Source: Azolla caroliniana (lineage: Eukaryota; Plantae; Polypodiophyta). Taken from it: a stretch of DNA of 64,000 nucleotides. This document shows positions 11,850-24,392 of the stretch, in pieces. Every line of letters begins with the position of its first letter. The stretch's first letter is position 1. The position numbers were made by a program, and so were the translations under genes. The notes beneath the pieces were generated by a model. The model did no database searches and was not told the DNA's origin. It saw nothing but the letters and a program-made list of their open reading frames with translations. The DNA lies in contig JBHGNT010000001.1 in the NCBI GenBank assembly GCA_043228905.1, positions 19,716,001 through 19,780,000 on the forward strand, given 5' to 3'.

Positions 11850-14800
11850 TTCCATTGCACAGAATCATATCCAATTCTTTGCAGCTTCACACTCCTTCAA
11901 ATGCCTTTCGACTTGTCGTTTTTCTCGGCCAACAACGTCGACTACTCTACATCCTCCATTTTCGGTGAGACAAAAATTTCTACCTATTGTACGAGTGTGG
12001 GGTTTCCGGTGTCTGTCCAAACTATCGCAGCCCCACACCTTGATAGCCATCTCTAAAAATCCTCTCAACCTTCTCTACCGAGAGAGTCTTGATTTTGCTC
12101 ATGGTTCGGCCAAACCGTCAAAATTTGGATGGAGTGTCAACCATCCTGGCTCTTTACCCTCCCGTACGCCAAACCGTTGTCTAGCACCGTTGTCTCTATC
12201 CGAGCCACTATGATGTATGGCTCGTTGAGTATAACCGGGTAAGACGACGACTCCTACACAAAGAAGTGTTGGTCGATCTCGACGTCTCCGACCCTTACCC
12301 TGACGTTCGGGCATTGCCCCATGAAGCTCCTCTGTGGCACGGGTCGCCGACATATTTTCCAGTCGTGTTTCATGTTAATCAGCCACTTACCCTTCTTGTA
12401 AAATTCCATCGATATCATGTTGATCTCCAATCCGTGGTCGATTAGCGCCACCGCCGGCTCCTGCACATCACTGATCTAGACCACCGTCTCCGTTGTCGCT
12501 CTCGCCCAATGTGGCTTTAGGTAGTGGTTGCCGGCATATTCGTCTTCTACATCCACTTCATCAATATGTGCCACTTTTACCTCAACCGACTTCTCGTTTT
12601 CAGGCTTCGTCGAGAGGCACTTCCTCTTCACTAGGTCGATGATTGAGTCATGGAACTCTTTCTTCGCAATTCTTAATACTTCTCATAATGAGAGCTCCAC
12701 CTGGTTGTCGAGGATCCACTCCTCTAAGACCTTCTGCAAGTTTGTTGTCTTCTCAATCTCAAAGCTCACCCGGAAGCTCGGGAACTTCATCTTCTCCTTC
12801 TCCTGTCGGTCAGCCAAACCGACATCAGTCTTCCTTGGGCCACTCGAGGTGTCGTACCGATTCAAAGGACTGGCATTTCCAACCCGTTTGTCTTCCACCA
12901 TAATTTCGTAGTTCTGGCATGGCCTCCACGAAGCCGATGCTTTCTTCTACCGGATCGCCCTATCTGGTGACCTCATGGACCTGCCTCTCCGCGCGGTCCC
13001 CTCTTCCTTAGCTTCTTCCCGGAGAAGCCTTCAAGCACCACCAACCAAAAACCGGTATCGGTTCCGGAACCGGTGCCATTCTCTTCGCCGACTTGAATGT
13101 CAGCCAACATTGAGTAATGGATAGTCTCTACGTGCCGCGTCACAGCCTCCTCCACCAACCTTTTCATTTCGTCCCTATTGGTGTTTATTTCCAGGGGCCT
13201 CAACATCTCGATCGCGTGTACCTGGTCATTCCAAGGTACATCGCGTTATTCTTAAGCGCCTCTACGAAGTCAGCGCAATCCCTCTAGATATGGCCGACGT
13301 CGTCGCACCACATGCACCTGAGGTCATTCGACGGGCGCCGATCACGCAACTGACCCTCGCCATCTCTTCGAGCGTGTGCGATTTTCAGATTTCATACCAT
13401 CTTTGTCATCTCTTCCAGAGCTACGCCACCGGATGGTCCCTCGACCATGTTGGTTGGAACCGAGCCTGACTCGAGGCATCTTCTTGTCTCATCTAACCGA
13501 GTCAGAATCTCCTCAAACCTCTTCTTGATAATCTCCACAATCTCCAATAGAAGACCTACCTTTTCCCCATCAAGCAGCTCGACCAACTTGATGAATAGCA
13601 GGACCTTGCTCGTATCGAGCACAGTCCGGTCCAGTGCCAAAAGGCATGCAAATCACTTCTCAAACTCCTAGAGAAGCACCGATGTGTTCCATCCTTTGCC
13701 GGGGAGCCCAACCAAAGCAAGTCGTTGAATCTGTATCTTTCGAGGAGCCATCCCTTGAACTCCAACCAATTCCAACAAACTACTTGGACCTCGAGCACTT
13801 CCGTGTGGATGCTCGGCATTATGACCCGTGGGAATCTGGCTAGTCGTTTGTCCTCTGGGATGTCCCTCATTATCATTTCGGCCTTGTAGGACTCTAGGTA
13901 GCTTGTGATGTCCTTTCCATTAAAATGGCCTATCATGCCGACTATCATCTCTATGGCCCTATCGAGGCCACTCGCACTCTCTCAAGCATTCACTAGGCAG
14001 TTGACATCCACCATCATTGCTTCCACGAGCTCAGTTCCCCTCATCTTGACTCTTTTGTTGCCCCCTTTCACGTCTTGTTCACCAAAGATGTCACAATTTT
14101 CCGCGTGTATGTGTCGAAACGGGGCGGGACCACCAGGGTCTTGAATGAAGGAGCCGGTAGAGATACAGAGAGAGTGTATGTGTGAAATGATTATTCGGAT
14201 AACTTCATCGGTACATGGGTCAACATGTAAACGATCCGGACTAGTCACCAAATGTTGGACAATGAGCACACGAGCTTAGGCGTGTACGTTGTTCCTGACC
14301 CGTTGCTAGATACCAGACGATGAGCACACGAGCTTAGGCACATACGCTGTTCCGGACCCGTCGATGGATACCGGACGATGAGCACACAGGCTCAAACGCT
14401 CAGTTATGCGGGCAGGAGGAAGGGAATTGAGATGAGGATACGAATAGAGACCGAAAGACCTAGGGGATCTGGGAACCACAAAATAATGGATTAACTTAAA
14501 ATAATAGAAAATACCACCAGACTCAGCCGACAACAAAGCTTCGAGCTCTCCACATGCACACACACACGCACGCAGACCCTAGTGAGCCTTTGGTCGGGAG
14601 CACACGGGCTTCCAACGCGAACTGAGGCCTCACAGTACAACGAGCGACAGACCGAAAGCAAGAAACGAGCAATCGATTCTTCAATCCGACAGAGCTTCCA
14701 CCTCCTAAACGATGGTCCCCTCTTAACGGTTTTCCCCTCCCCTTTTATAGTTCCAAGGAGAGGGGGTTAGTGTTACATCAACAGCTAAGGACAACCGATT

Positions 14801-14990
14801 TTGTCAATGATCCTTCCCCTCATTTTCCTCCCTACACATGCTTATTCCTCTAGTTTTGTGGGACATTAAAGTACCCATCTAAATCACACTGCCTAGTACT
14901 TATTAGTCCTATGCATAGTACGTAAAAATCGTGTCCGTCTAGCATAACATTCGTTTTCCTACGTTGGAAAATGAATGTGAATGTTATTCA
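11850..14990 (-). mobile_element. Degraded Gypsy D (tRNA-Trp primed): LTR, gag, protease
   Basis: LTR inner end at 14089; PBS TGGTGAACAAGACGTGA 14068-14084; gag GHFNGKDITSYLESYKAEM; knuckle CMWCDDVGH..DC; protease ALIDHGLEIN; TATA near 14745. Outer limits approximate. Confidence 0.75.
14262..14387. repeat. ~58-bp tandem duplication inside the LTR of D
   Basis: ATGAGCACAC occurs three times at ~58-bp spacing with similar intervening sequence. Confidence 0.8.
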
Positions 14991-15282
14991 GACATTCTTG
15001 CATTTTTTTTTTGTTTTTTTCCCATTTTTTAATGTTTTTTTTTTTGTTTTTTTCCATTTTTTAGGTTTATTTACTTCATAAAAAATAGTTAATACAAAAG
15101 TATGGTATTTATCATTCTTTGAGGGTGTTTTTCTTAGGCGAATGATTGAACCATTCGCGAATGCGAATGCACATATGGTACGTATGGTTCATACTATGGT
15201 CCTATGTTATTTACAATGTTCTATGTACATAAAGCCTCATTCGTGTTGCATCCGTTCACGCACGTCCGACTCTCTTTTCTAC

Positions 15283-16200
15283 TTATGGCTGGAAATCTTC
15301 ACAACAACATACTCCATTATCCTCCCAAACACCTTGGACATGACCATGAACTTTAGAATCTCGCTTTAACCCACAAGATGTTCCCTCATCCATGACCATA
15401 TCAATCGTTGAGATGACAATATTCTTCTCAACATCTTCCTTATTTTTCCCTTTGACATAAATTTCCGTGGGTGGTTCACCATGATATTGGCATTCAGCCA
15501 TAATAATGCCCCACCAATTGACCATATTTTAAACAATGTCATGCGAAAAGTCTCCCACTAAAGCTTAAAATGAAAGATCCACCAAATTGAGATGTATCTA
15601 TACTCATCCATCCTAGAAGTTTACATCTCGTGTCCCATAACATACAAAATCTACATTTGTTCAAACAATTAGCATGAGTAGCAACCAAAACTTTACCAAT
15701 TTGAGACATCAAATCTGGTAGTGATTCCCGAAAGAATGAGTTACTACAATCAACAGTCACCCCAATTGGATATTGTTGTTTTAATAAATCTTTATAGTCC
15801 ACCGCCATAACCCATTCCATCACATGCACTAAGTATCTTCTATTAAAAAAGATTGGTACCTTTGCCATCAAAGCAGTACGGTGCTCCGACGATTGGAAAA
15901 CTACATCATTGAAAATCTCTTGGACCCACGTACACATCCTTAACACAATTAGGCCTTACGAGTGAAATCAACCACTGCTTAATCCATGATACCAAAGAAA
16001 TACAAATTAACACCATGATCATAAAACCTGTCAAAAGTTACTAACGTGGACATGATCTCCATTATCACCTCTACAACATCCTCTTCTACACAATCCTTAA
16101 CATCTTTCTCATTTTTTTTTCCATAAAATCAAAAAGCAAAGCCTTAACAAAATCACGACGACTATCATCATCATAATCATCCCCAAAAACATCTTTCACC
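15283..16200 (-). mobile_element. Degraded L1-type LINE ORF1 (DUF4283-like) remnant
   Basis: Pattern FQSSEHR..PIFF..VMEW..P.(W)V..LMSQIGKVL resembles plant L1 ORF1. No RT seen. Confidence 0.45.
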
Positions 16201-16542
16201 AAGAACTACAAAGATACGATGTTTTCTCATGGTCTGTAGAATCAATACGTTTTTGTTGTATGTAACTTTCACAACCGTCATTACAACCACATCCATCGAA
16301 CAGTCATCAATCCACTTCGTGTTGTCATGTCAAACATCCTAATAGAGATTGACACAAGTAACTTGAGACGACAACAATTTTACTACTTGGAAATCTCTCT
16401 GAATGAGCTTCACAACGAGCCAAAAATCACAAAATCAGAGTTGTGAGGACAAAGTTACATTAGAAACATGTTTTAACACTATCATTGGGACATCATCGCT
16501 TTTCTTCCTGTATTTTTTAAAATAAAAAAACAAAATTATAAT

Positions 16543-16603
16543 TAGCTTACCCTAGTGGTAAGTCGTTTACATTATTAGCATTGTATGTTGGGTTCAAAAC
16601 CCA
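16543..16603 (+). mobile_element. Putative tRNA-derived SINE head
   Basis: A-box-like TAGTGGTAAG and B-box-like GGGTTCAAAACCC with tRNA-like spacing; no cloverleaf. Confidence 0.35.
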
Positions 16604-16661
16604 ATTTTCATACCTCTCTATTACTTCGTAGATATCTCGTATTTCGCTACATCTTGGAATG

Positions 16662-16736
16662 TAGGGGGGGGGGGGGGGTTGAACCCATGAGAACACTGAC
16701 CCGACCTGGCAACCATACCAACTAGTGATGAGCTAC
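16662..16736 (-). mobile_element. Putative tRNA-derived SINE head
   Basis: Minus strand reads TAGCTCATCACTAGTTGGTA...GGGTTCAACCCCC. Confidence 0.35.
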
Positions 16737-16755
16737 TAGTACTAGTACTACATCC

Positions 16756-16799
16756 ACTCTCTCTCTCTCTCTCTCTCAAGGAGGTTGAGGTTGAGAGGC

Positions 16800-16830
<31 letters not shown>

Positions 16831-17050
16831 GTAAGAAAGAAGAAGAAAGAGGCAGGCAGGCAGGCAGATAGAGATATATGTATAGAGATCCTTTAAACCT
16901 AAAATTGGAGAGCAAGAAACAACAAACACCCACTGAAGCTGAAGAGCAGTGAGCAGAGAGCAGCCATCGTAACACGAAACACATCCATCCATCCATCCAT
17001 CAAGGGATTCCACAGAAGACAGAGAAACCTTGAAGAAGCCATATCCGAAC

Positions 17051-17083
<33 letters not shown>
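16756..17083. repeat. Microsatellite cluster (CT)n, (GT)n, (CCAT)n, (GA)n in the ULP1 5' region
   Basis: Directly visible tracts. Confidence 0.9.
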
Positions 17084-17085
<2 letters not shown>

Positions 17086-17212
17086 AGAGTAAGTACCTCC
17101 CTCCTTTCATTAAGGCTTTTAAGCAGGAACCCAATGAGGAATGCGATCGATCTGCAATCGCTTCTCTCTATTTCTCTCTATTTCCCTGAGTGAAAATCCT
17201 GACGTAGATGGC

Positions 17213-20200
17213 ATGGACTTTGGCCACCGCCAGACGGCTGTAGAATCGTCTTCCCCTGGACTCATAGGGTTTCTTGAAAATGAACATCAGAGTGAGAGAA
17301 AGAAGAGATCACTTCTTCAACTTTGTGAACGTGGTAATAACAGCACCCAGAGCAGGAAGAGGTCCCATAACCCTTTCTTTAATTTCTCGGTGACAAAGAA
17401 CATTAAAAAGAATCATCAGCAGCAGGGAGGACAGTGCTTTTCTCCGTCTCAGTGGATTGCTCTTTTCAGAGGAAGAAAAGGTACTCTGGATAGAGGACTG
17501 GAGAGCGTGTCATGGAGGAAGCAGTTGTCCCCTCGCGTGGCAGCAGAATTATCTGCAATGCGAGTGTCATCAACCCTAACATCAAGTGAGGAGTGTGGTC
17601 ATCAACATGGTCAAGGTCAACAACAGGGTCAGGATCAGGGTCAAGGTCAAGGTCATGGTCATACTGAGCAAGGGCATGATCAAGATAAAGGTGAAAGTCA
17701 TTCTGAACAAGGCCAGGGGCAAGGGCAAGAGAAAGAGCAAGGCCATGATGGTCAACAACACTACCATCCAGGAGCATCATCATTACAATGTGTTCCCATT
17801 CGAAAGGCTCTGGGAATTATCACTCCTTGTACGACAGATGGTGTCCCTACGTGGAAGAAGTTGCTTACAAAGGCTCAAGCCCGAGACAAAACTATCTTAA
17901 ACATAGAGGCAAAAATTCTGTCTGAAGAATATTTGCTTAAAGCTTTTCAAGAGACAAGGGCTGCCTTGGAGAAGCTTACGATCAAGGACAAACCTTCTGA
18001 AGAGACAAAGAAGGAGGAAGAGAAGGAAAAAGAGAAAGAGGAGGAGGTATTTTATATTTTTTACCATTGACTTTACTAACCATTGATATTTCATTAATTT
18101 TAACCACTGGATTTCACCAAGTATGAACTATCTTGTTTACTAATTCGAAGGCTATTGCTTTTACACCCCTAACAAAAGAAGAAGAAGAAACAGTTTCTCA
18201 TGCATTGAATGGATCCAATAGGTATGGTATCCATTAGATCATCTCGTGTTGTTGCCTGGAATAACTTAAGCTGAATGAATCCTTTTTTGTTCTTTCTACA
18301 GGCATGAAGTGCTTGTGCAGCATGAACGATCGAACATTGACCTAACCAGCGGAGCTATTCAATGTTTGCAGCCTGGAGCTTGGCTGAATGATGACGTAAG
18401 TCTAGCAAAATTGGCTAAGTGTAGTTTGTGTAGACAGTTAGTTTTATAATCAAACTTAGACATGATTATTTTTCATCCAACTTTTACTTGAAGAGTTTGA
18501 AGAGCCTAATTTCGATCATTTATTGGTATCTACAATAAAAATAAAATTTGATCTTCATCAAACTTTATTTGAAAAGGTTGAAATCTAGTGTTGAAAAGAA
18601 TATATATATTTTCATCAAACAGTTTTGAAGACAAAAAAAGAAGCATATTTTAGGTCATCAATTTATGTCTAAACTTGAAAAGAAAGTATATGTTCCCTGA
18701 TGGAACTTTATTTGATTAGTTCAAACAAAACTGTGATTTGTCTTCAATTTGTATATAGAATTAAAAGCGAGCAACATATTTTTATCGAAATGTTTTTGAG
18801 GAGCTATATAAAACTGTAGGTTTTCATTGAACTTTCGATCTACCTAGGTTATCAATTTGTATCTAGAGCTGCTAAAGGAGAGAGAACTTCGAGAGCCGAA
18901 ATCATTCATGAAATGCCACTTTTTCAACACATTTTTTTACAACAAGGTTATTGGGCACCTTAATACACTTCCATACTGAAAAATACAGGATGTGGGTTCA
19001 ACCGTTATCTTGACTTACTGCTATGAAATCTTTCTGCAGCTTTATAAAGATGCACACTCTTATAACTATAAAGCGGTTAGAAGGTGGACAACAACAAATA
19101 GGCTTGGTTACAGTCTACTGCAATGTGACAAGGTTTCTTTTTCTATTTCTTCTTCTAATACAAAGGGTTTAATTTTGAAATGGAAACAAAGGAAATTGAA
19201 TTTGGGGTCTTTTAAGCATTTAGAATATTATCAAATGTTTTTTTCTCAACCAATAACAGACTTCTGTTGTGGTACTGTTGACGTATTCTTGGATCTGCAT
19301 TTTAGAGAAATTATTGTTTCACACCACAATTCAAATTGAAGGGGTTATTGGTGTTATGGAATCCTCTCACTAAGATATTTAGAACAACACGATATTTGTC
19401 AAGGTTTTGATAACATGTCCCTAAACCTTTAACCATCCTCCAATTCAGAAGTATATCGACAACATGGATTTTCTACAAGGCCGAATTTTTACTTTAGAAA
19501 TTTCCTAATGGCTGCTTATGTTATTACTTGGATTGCTAATACTTCTTTATCTTGCAGATTTTCATTCCCATACATAAAGACGTCCATTGGTGCTTGGCAG
19601 TTATCAATCTACGTGAAAAGAAAATTCAATATCTTGACTCCCTCAAGGGGCATGATGCAAATGCTCTACATGTTCTTGTGAGCATCACTTCTTTCTCATG
19701 AATTTGAGATTTGAAGCAAAATTGATAATTTTTGATTATTTATTTTTTGCATGTTTTTGTTCTCTTAAGCTTGAAGTTCTACTAGGAATTTAAGGTATAG
19801 GATCATATTATTTTTAAGCCTGTGTTCTAAATATGAGGACACCTTTCATTAATTTTCTTTTTTAATGTGGAGAGTCGGTAATGAAATGTGGTACTAAGTG
19901 ATTGAAAAATCTTATCACAATTTTTGCAGGGCTGAAATAAAATCGTCTTTCATGAAGATAACTAGAATGGGAAGGCTTGCTATGATTGTTATTAATTTTC
20001 CTTCAATTTTATTTCTCATGTTCATAGGCCCGGTATTTGAAAGATGAAGCAAAAGACAAACTAAATGAGGATTTGGATTCAAACAGTTGGGAGCTGGATT
20101 GCCCCACAGACATACCCGAACAATTTAATGGGTAATTTTTGCTTTCTCTCGCAGTATGCTTGAAGAAAAAGAAAAGAAGCTTAGCATAACTTTCTGCAAG

Positions 20201-20909
20201 TATTTTTAGCTTAGCATAAATTTTTTATTTTATTTAAATGTTAATTTTATGTGGTTGAACTCAATAGTCAATTTCCTCATTAAATTTCCATTGTCAGTTG
20301 CGACTGTGGTATGTTCATGATCAAATATGCGGATTTTTATAGCCGGGGCAACGAGTTAAAATTTAGCCAAGTAAGTTAGTCTCCTTAAGAAATTGAAGCC
20401 TTCTTCTCTAGACATACTTTTGTTTGTATCCATTTCCATATGTGAAGGACTATTGGTTATAAGCCTATCGAGTTTTGGGAAATTATTTTCATATTTATAT
20501 ATTTTCTATTTTTGCACCCTTACGTTCTAGTTGTTCTAGTTCACAAGGTTGTTTTTCTTTTCTATATTCTGATTTTAACTTGACACAACGTGTTATTTAG
20601 TTAGTATCTTTTATGAATGCTTCGTCCATTTTTAATTCAAAAACATAATATGTAAATCACAACCTGCTGCATATAGAAGATGACTCGAGCTTTAGACACA
20701 TTTTTAAAGGACATATTAGTAATATGGTATAAATATTGATGACAATTAACTGACGAATAGGAACATAAAATATTGATCAAATGATTCTTTCTGTCTTGAT
20801 AGCATATTTTAGTTTTTCTCAATTTATAATCGATTTACCCATGCAGAGGGACATGGGGTATTTTCGAAGAAGGACAACACTTGAACTTCTCCAATTGAAA
20901 GCAAGGTGA
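17213..20909 (+). CDS. ULP1: SUMO protease, ULP1/ESD4-like (peptidase C48), 9 coding exons, ~516 aa
   Basis: Exons 17213-18046, 18151-18221, 18302-18395, 18848-18946, 19040-19132, 19558-19677, 20028-20131, 20298-20370, 20847-20909; all GT-AG and phase-consistent. Motifs WLNDDVIN, FFNTFFY, AVRRWT, IPIHKDVHW (His), YLDSL (Asp), PEQFNGCDCG (Gln/Cys). An in-frame upstream ATG at 17141 is an alternative start. Confidence 0.95.
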
Positions 20910-21324
20910 TTATGGTTATGGATGGGTGGTGGCTTTGTTTAACCCATGTCAAAGTTGGTGTTTCAATTGATCAAAACTAACAATGATGTTTAGGTATACG
21001 AAATTCTCATGGTATATCTGTTTTTGAGTATATATTTTTAGTTGGGATTGCTAGAAAATACTCGGTTACTTTTTATTGTCGCCTTTCTGAGGTGTGTAAC
21101 ATATTAAATTACTTATATATATTTGTTGAGAAAGACCAATAAATGTAAAGGATGAAACTGGAGGATATAAAAAACAATTAAAATGTCGAGGTTGATATCA
21201 GGTCATAATGAAATCAATCTCCTTGGTCCTCTCACAATATTTTTAAATAGCAAAAGAACCTTGATCATTTCTCCGACATTTCATATTTTCTTGTAGTACT
21301 TGAATGTTAGTTTTTTGCCCCAAT

Positions 21325-22147
21325 AGAGTGGTGGTTATGGTTTTAATTAAATAGGTTTATCAGGAATAAATGGATTTAAAAATATTTAAATGCTTATTTA
21401 GTTTCTATATGTGATTTTCTAGTTTTATACACATAATATGAGGGCGTTATAAAATAGAGCACCGCACATACATAAATCTTCGTTTTCCACTAGTGCGTCT
21501 ATGGGTTGAACCAAATATTCATATGACTTGTGTTTTGTAATAATACTTTAGAAAAGCCAACAAATAAAACCAACAGATGGAAATGGGTAAATCTCCCCGC
21601 TTCATCTGTGGAAGCTGGATTTGAACCATAGACCAATCGTGGATGAAGCGGTTAACAGCGCGCACTGAGTCACCAACAAAAAAAATGTACGGTTAGTATC
21701 ATATACATTCTTTGACTCTTGTTACTTGAGCCGCCTCTGAGTTTGCAAAACGTTAAGCCGACATTTCCTAAACTTTACGTACACCCTAACTCTTATTATA
21801 GGAAGAAGCAGCAGCAATAGTAATCCTATTTTTGTAGAGCCCCTGACCGATATTTTGTTTGGTGACATGTTGGAGGATTCTATACGCTCTAAAGGGTACG
21901 GAGACGTGATAGCAAAGGGGAGAGCGAGATGTACTCGATATTAGTTTTGTGACACAATGGAGTGGTGGTTATTATCTTATTTAAAATAGTTTTATAAAGA
22001 ATAAATGGATTTAAGAATGTTTAAATACTTATTTTCCAAATGTGATTTCCTAGTTTATAAGCGTAATATCGGGACACTATAAAATAGAGTACCACACATG
22101 CATAAATCTTCCTTTCCCACTTGTGTGACTATGGGGTTGACCAAATA
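21325..22147 (+). repeat. Diverged ~190-bp direct repeat pair (21325-21515 and 21959-22147)
   Basis: Both copies share GAGTGGTGGTTAT, AATAAATGGATTTAA, TATAAAATAGAG and CATAAATCTTC. Confidence 0.75.
21590..21676 (-). mobile_element. Putative tRNA-derived SINE head with a 10-bp stem
   Basis: Minus-strand A-box-like GGTGACTCAGTG (21674-21663) and B-box GGTTCAAATCC (21627-21617); inverted repeat CCGCTTCATC/GATGAAGCGG. Confidence 0.45.
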
Positions 22148-22699
22148 GGTTCCTTAGATCTTATATCTTGTGTTCAGTCTTTGCCCATGTTATTTGATTT
22201 TTTTGGAAAAACAAGTATTTTGTAGTCAAGGGCAAACTCGTTTCACACTTGGCCAACCCAAGGTTAATCAAATCAGTTTTCTAGCTCAAATGACTCAAAC
22301 GTAGATGCTGGGAAAACAAATTTATTTTGTTATTTCCCAAATTTATTTTATTAAAGAGGACACAAGCAGCAAACTATTCACGCACATATTGTCGTGAGCC
22401 ATTTGATTTTTTTCAAAAGTTTCATGTATATATGGTGATATTCTATTTGAATTTGACATTTTATTGTACATGTGATTGTGATATAATAATACTCTGTTGT
22501 TGAACATGTCTTAGAATGTTCTTGATCGGAATTTGTAACACAACAATATACTCTAATGTTGTATTCGATAGGTATTTCTTTGGAAATATATGCATATCCT
22601 TTGGTTGTATCAGTTAAAGAGTTGAAACTAGTTTCGTGGGCACAATGATTGCATTTTATTCATGTAATTGTGTGTGTGAACAATGACTCTAGGACATAA

Positions 22700-23900
22700 G
22701 ACAACATGTTGAGCCTTAAGGAGCTGCCATAAATGTTCGATGTAGAGATTAGGTAAAGACATTATATGTCACCCCAGTGGTTGTTAAAACACTTTAGTGT
22801 TACCATAGTACCATGATTCTTGAAACTTGTCTCATATGTCTAGAGGGGTATCAATATGAGATAATATCTTAAATATTGTTTGTTGGGCATAGTTCAAATA
22901 TTATCTAATTTGTTACAATAATTGCCTAAAATTTGCCAACTAATGTGTAAGTACATCACAATGGTTTACATCAATGACTTGGTCATGAGATCCTCTTGAT
23001 TGGAGATGGCATATAGGTTAGCACCTCTATTTCTATTCTTGATGCAACATATTCACATATATATAGCAATGTCATACATTTCTCATTTGTTGTGTTTCTA
23101 CATTTTAAACACCCAAGGAAACTGTTGAGTTTCATTTGATTCATGTGTGGATGATACCCACTTAGTAGGGAAAATGCATGGTGAATAGTCTAATGTTATG
23201 AAGCCTTAGTCAAGAGATAGGACGAAAAGAATTGAAGAAGATTTTAGCACTTGGATTCATTAGATGTGATTCTAATTTCGAACAACATCCCGATTTTGAT
23301 AGTTCCAAAATTGTTTGTTATTATATTGCATTTGAACATGAACTATAATTGCCTTGTGGACAATACACAATAAGGATATTGAAAAAACCTTGAAGATGAA
23401 GTTGAGATTTTACTTGGTTATAAACAAACTTTGAGGAAGAACCATAATAGCCCTTAGTTCATGTGGCTAATTAGTCACGACTCATTGGGAAACATAAGAC
23501 ACCCAATAAATTCTTCGAAATGACTCTCGAGACTTGATCTTCTATGTGCATATAGAAAAGAAGGATCACACTAGAGATTAATGCCACAAACTCTAACAAA
23601 AGCATTACGAGAAAAAGGCCATGTCTCTAGATCTTTGTTCAATCTTGAATTCTTGAGGTTTATACAAACATTTGAGTAACTTTCGAATATTGTCAACCTC
23701 ACTAAGGTTCAATGATTTGCATCATTTGAGCAAACTTATCACTAAGTTTTAATTATAATTCATGTTTGATTTTGATAACACTTTTTAGTGTGTACAAGAC
23801 TTTTCTCATGCATTCTTGTTCCATAGGACCAAAAGATTGTTTGGTAGTCTTATCAATGTTTTGGGATGTTTTTTTCTAGAGAACTACCACTTAGATAAAT
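22700..23900 (-). mobile_element. Highly degraded Copia RT/RNase H relic
   Basis: Short minus-strand peptides AQMMQIIEP, DLETW and VLKSSSILFV occur in the same order as counterparts in element B. Confidence 0.35.
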
Positions 23901-24089
23901 GTATACTCGTAATGATGACCATAATGTCGATCTCATCTATTTCTATTCCTTCATACTAACTTAGTCAATCCAAAGAAGATGATATCAATTTTGAATTTGA
24001 GGTTTTTTTTTTCACCATAAAACATATGCTCCATTGGTATTAATAAAAAGCCCGGAGGCAGTATACAAATAGTACATAATATTGTTTCA

Positions 24090-24392
24090 TCTCCACCAGT
24101 ATATCTGAACTGATTCTAGCATTTGTAAAAACTGTTGGGAAAAAAACAACCATAAAACACAACATTGATTCCAGTGATCTGCTGCAGAAAACAAAATTTC
24201 GGGCTCTTAGAACAGACCTCCATAGAAAACTTATATTTCACATGATATTCCATGTCCTCCCTCTTTCCAATCATATGTGTCAGGTGTGGAGCTGTAAGAA
24301 GATTCACCATCCCAACATAAACAGTTGCAAACAGATCTGAACTGATTCCAACATTTGTAAAAACTGTTGGGGAGAAAAAAAACAGACCATGA
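24090..24392 (-). pseudogene. Duplicated fragments of an MFS sugar transporter (pGlcT-like)
   Basis: Minus-strand LQQITGINVVFY..TVFTNA.ISSDI and a second copy TVFTNVGISSDLFATVYVGMVNLL; QQxxGIN is the sugar-porter motif. Confidence 0.55.

Noticed and set aside
11630-12213. 179-aa ORF containing THTHTH
   Set aside because: It translates a (CA)n tract and LTR-like or antisense Gypsy sequence.
18992-19339. Standalone 115-aa ORF
   Set aside because: It is ULP1 exon 5 plus flanking intron read-through.
21590-21676. True tRNA gene
   Set aside because: A/B-box-like motifs are present but no acceptor or anticodon stems; kept as SINE-like.
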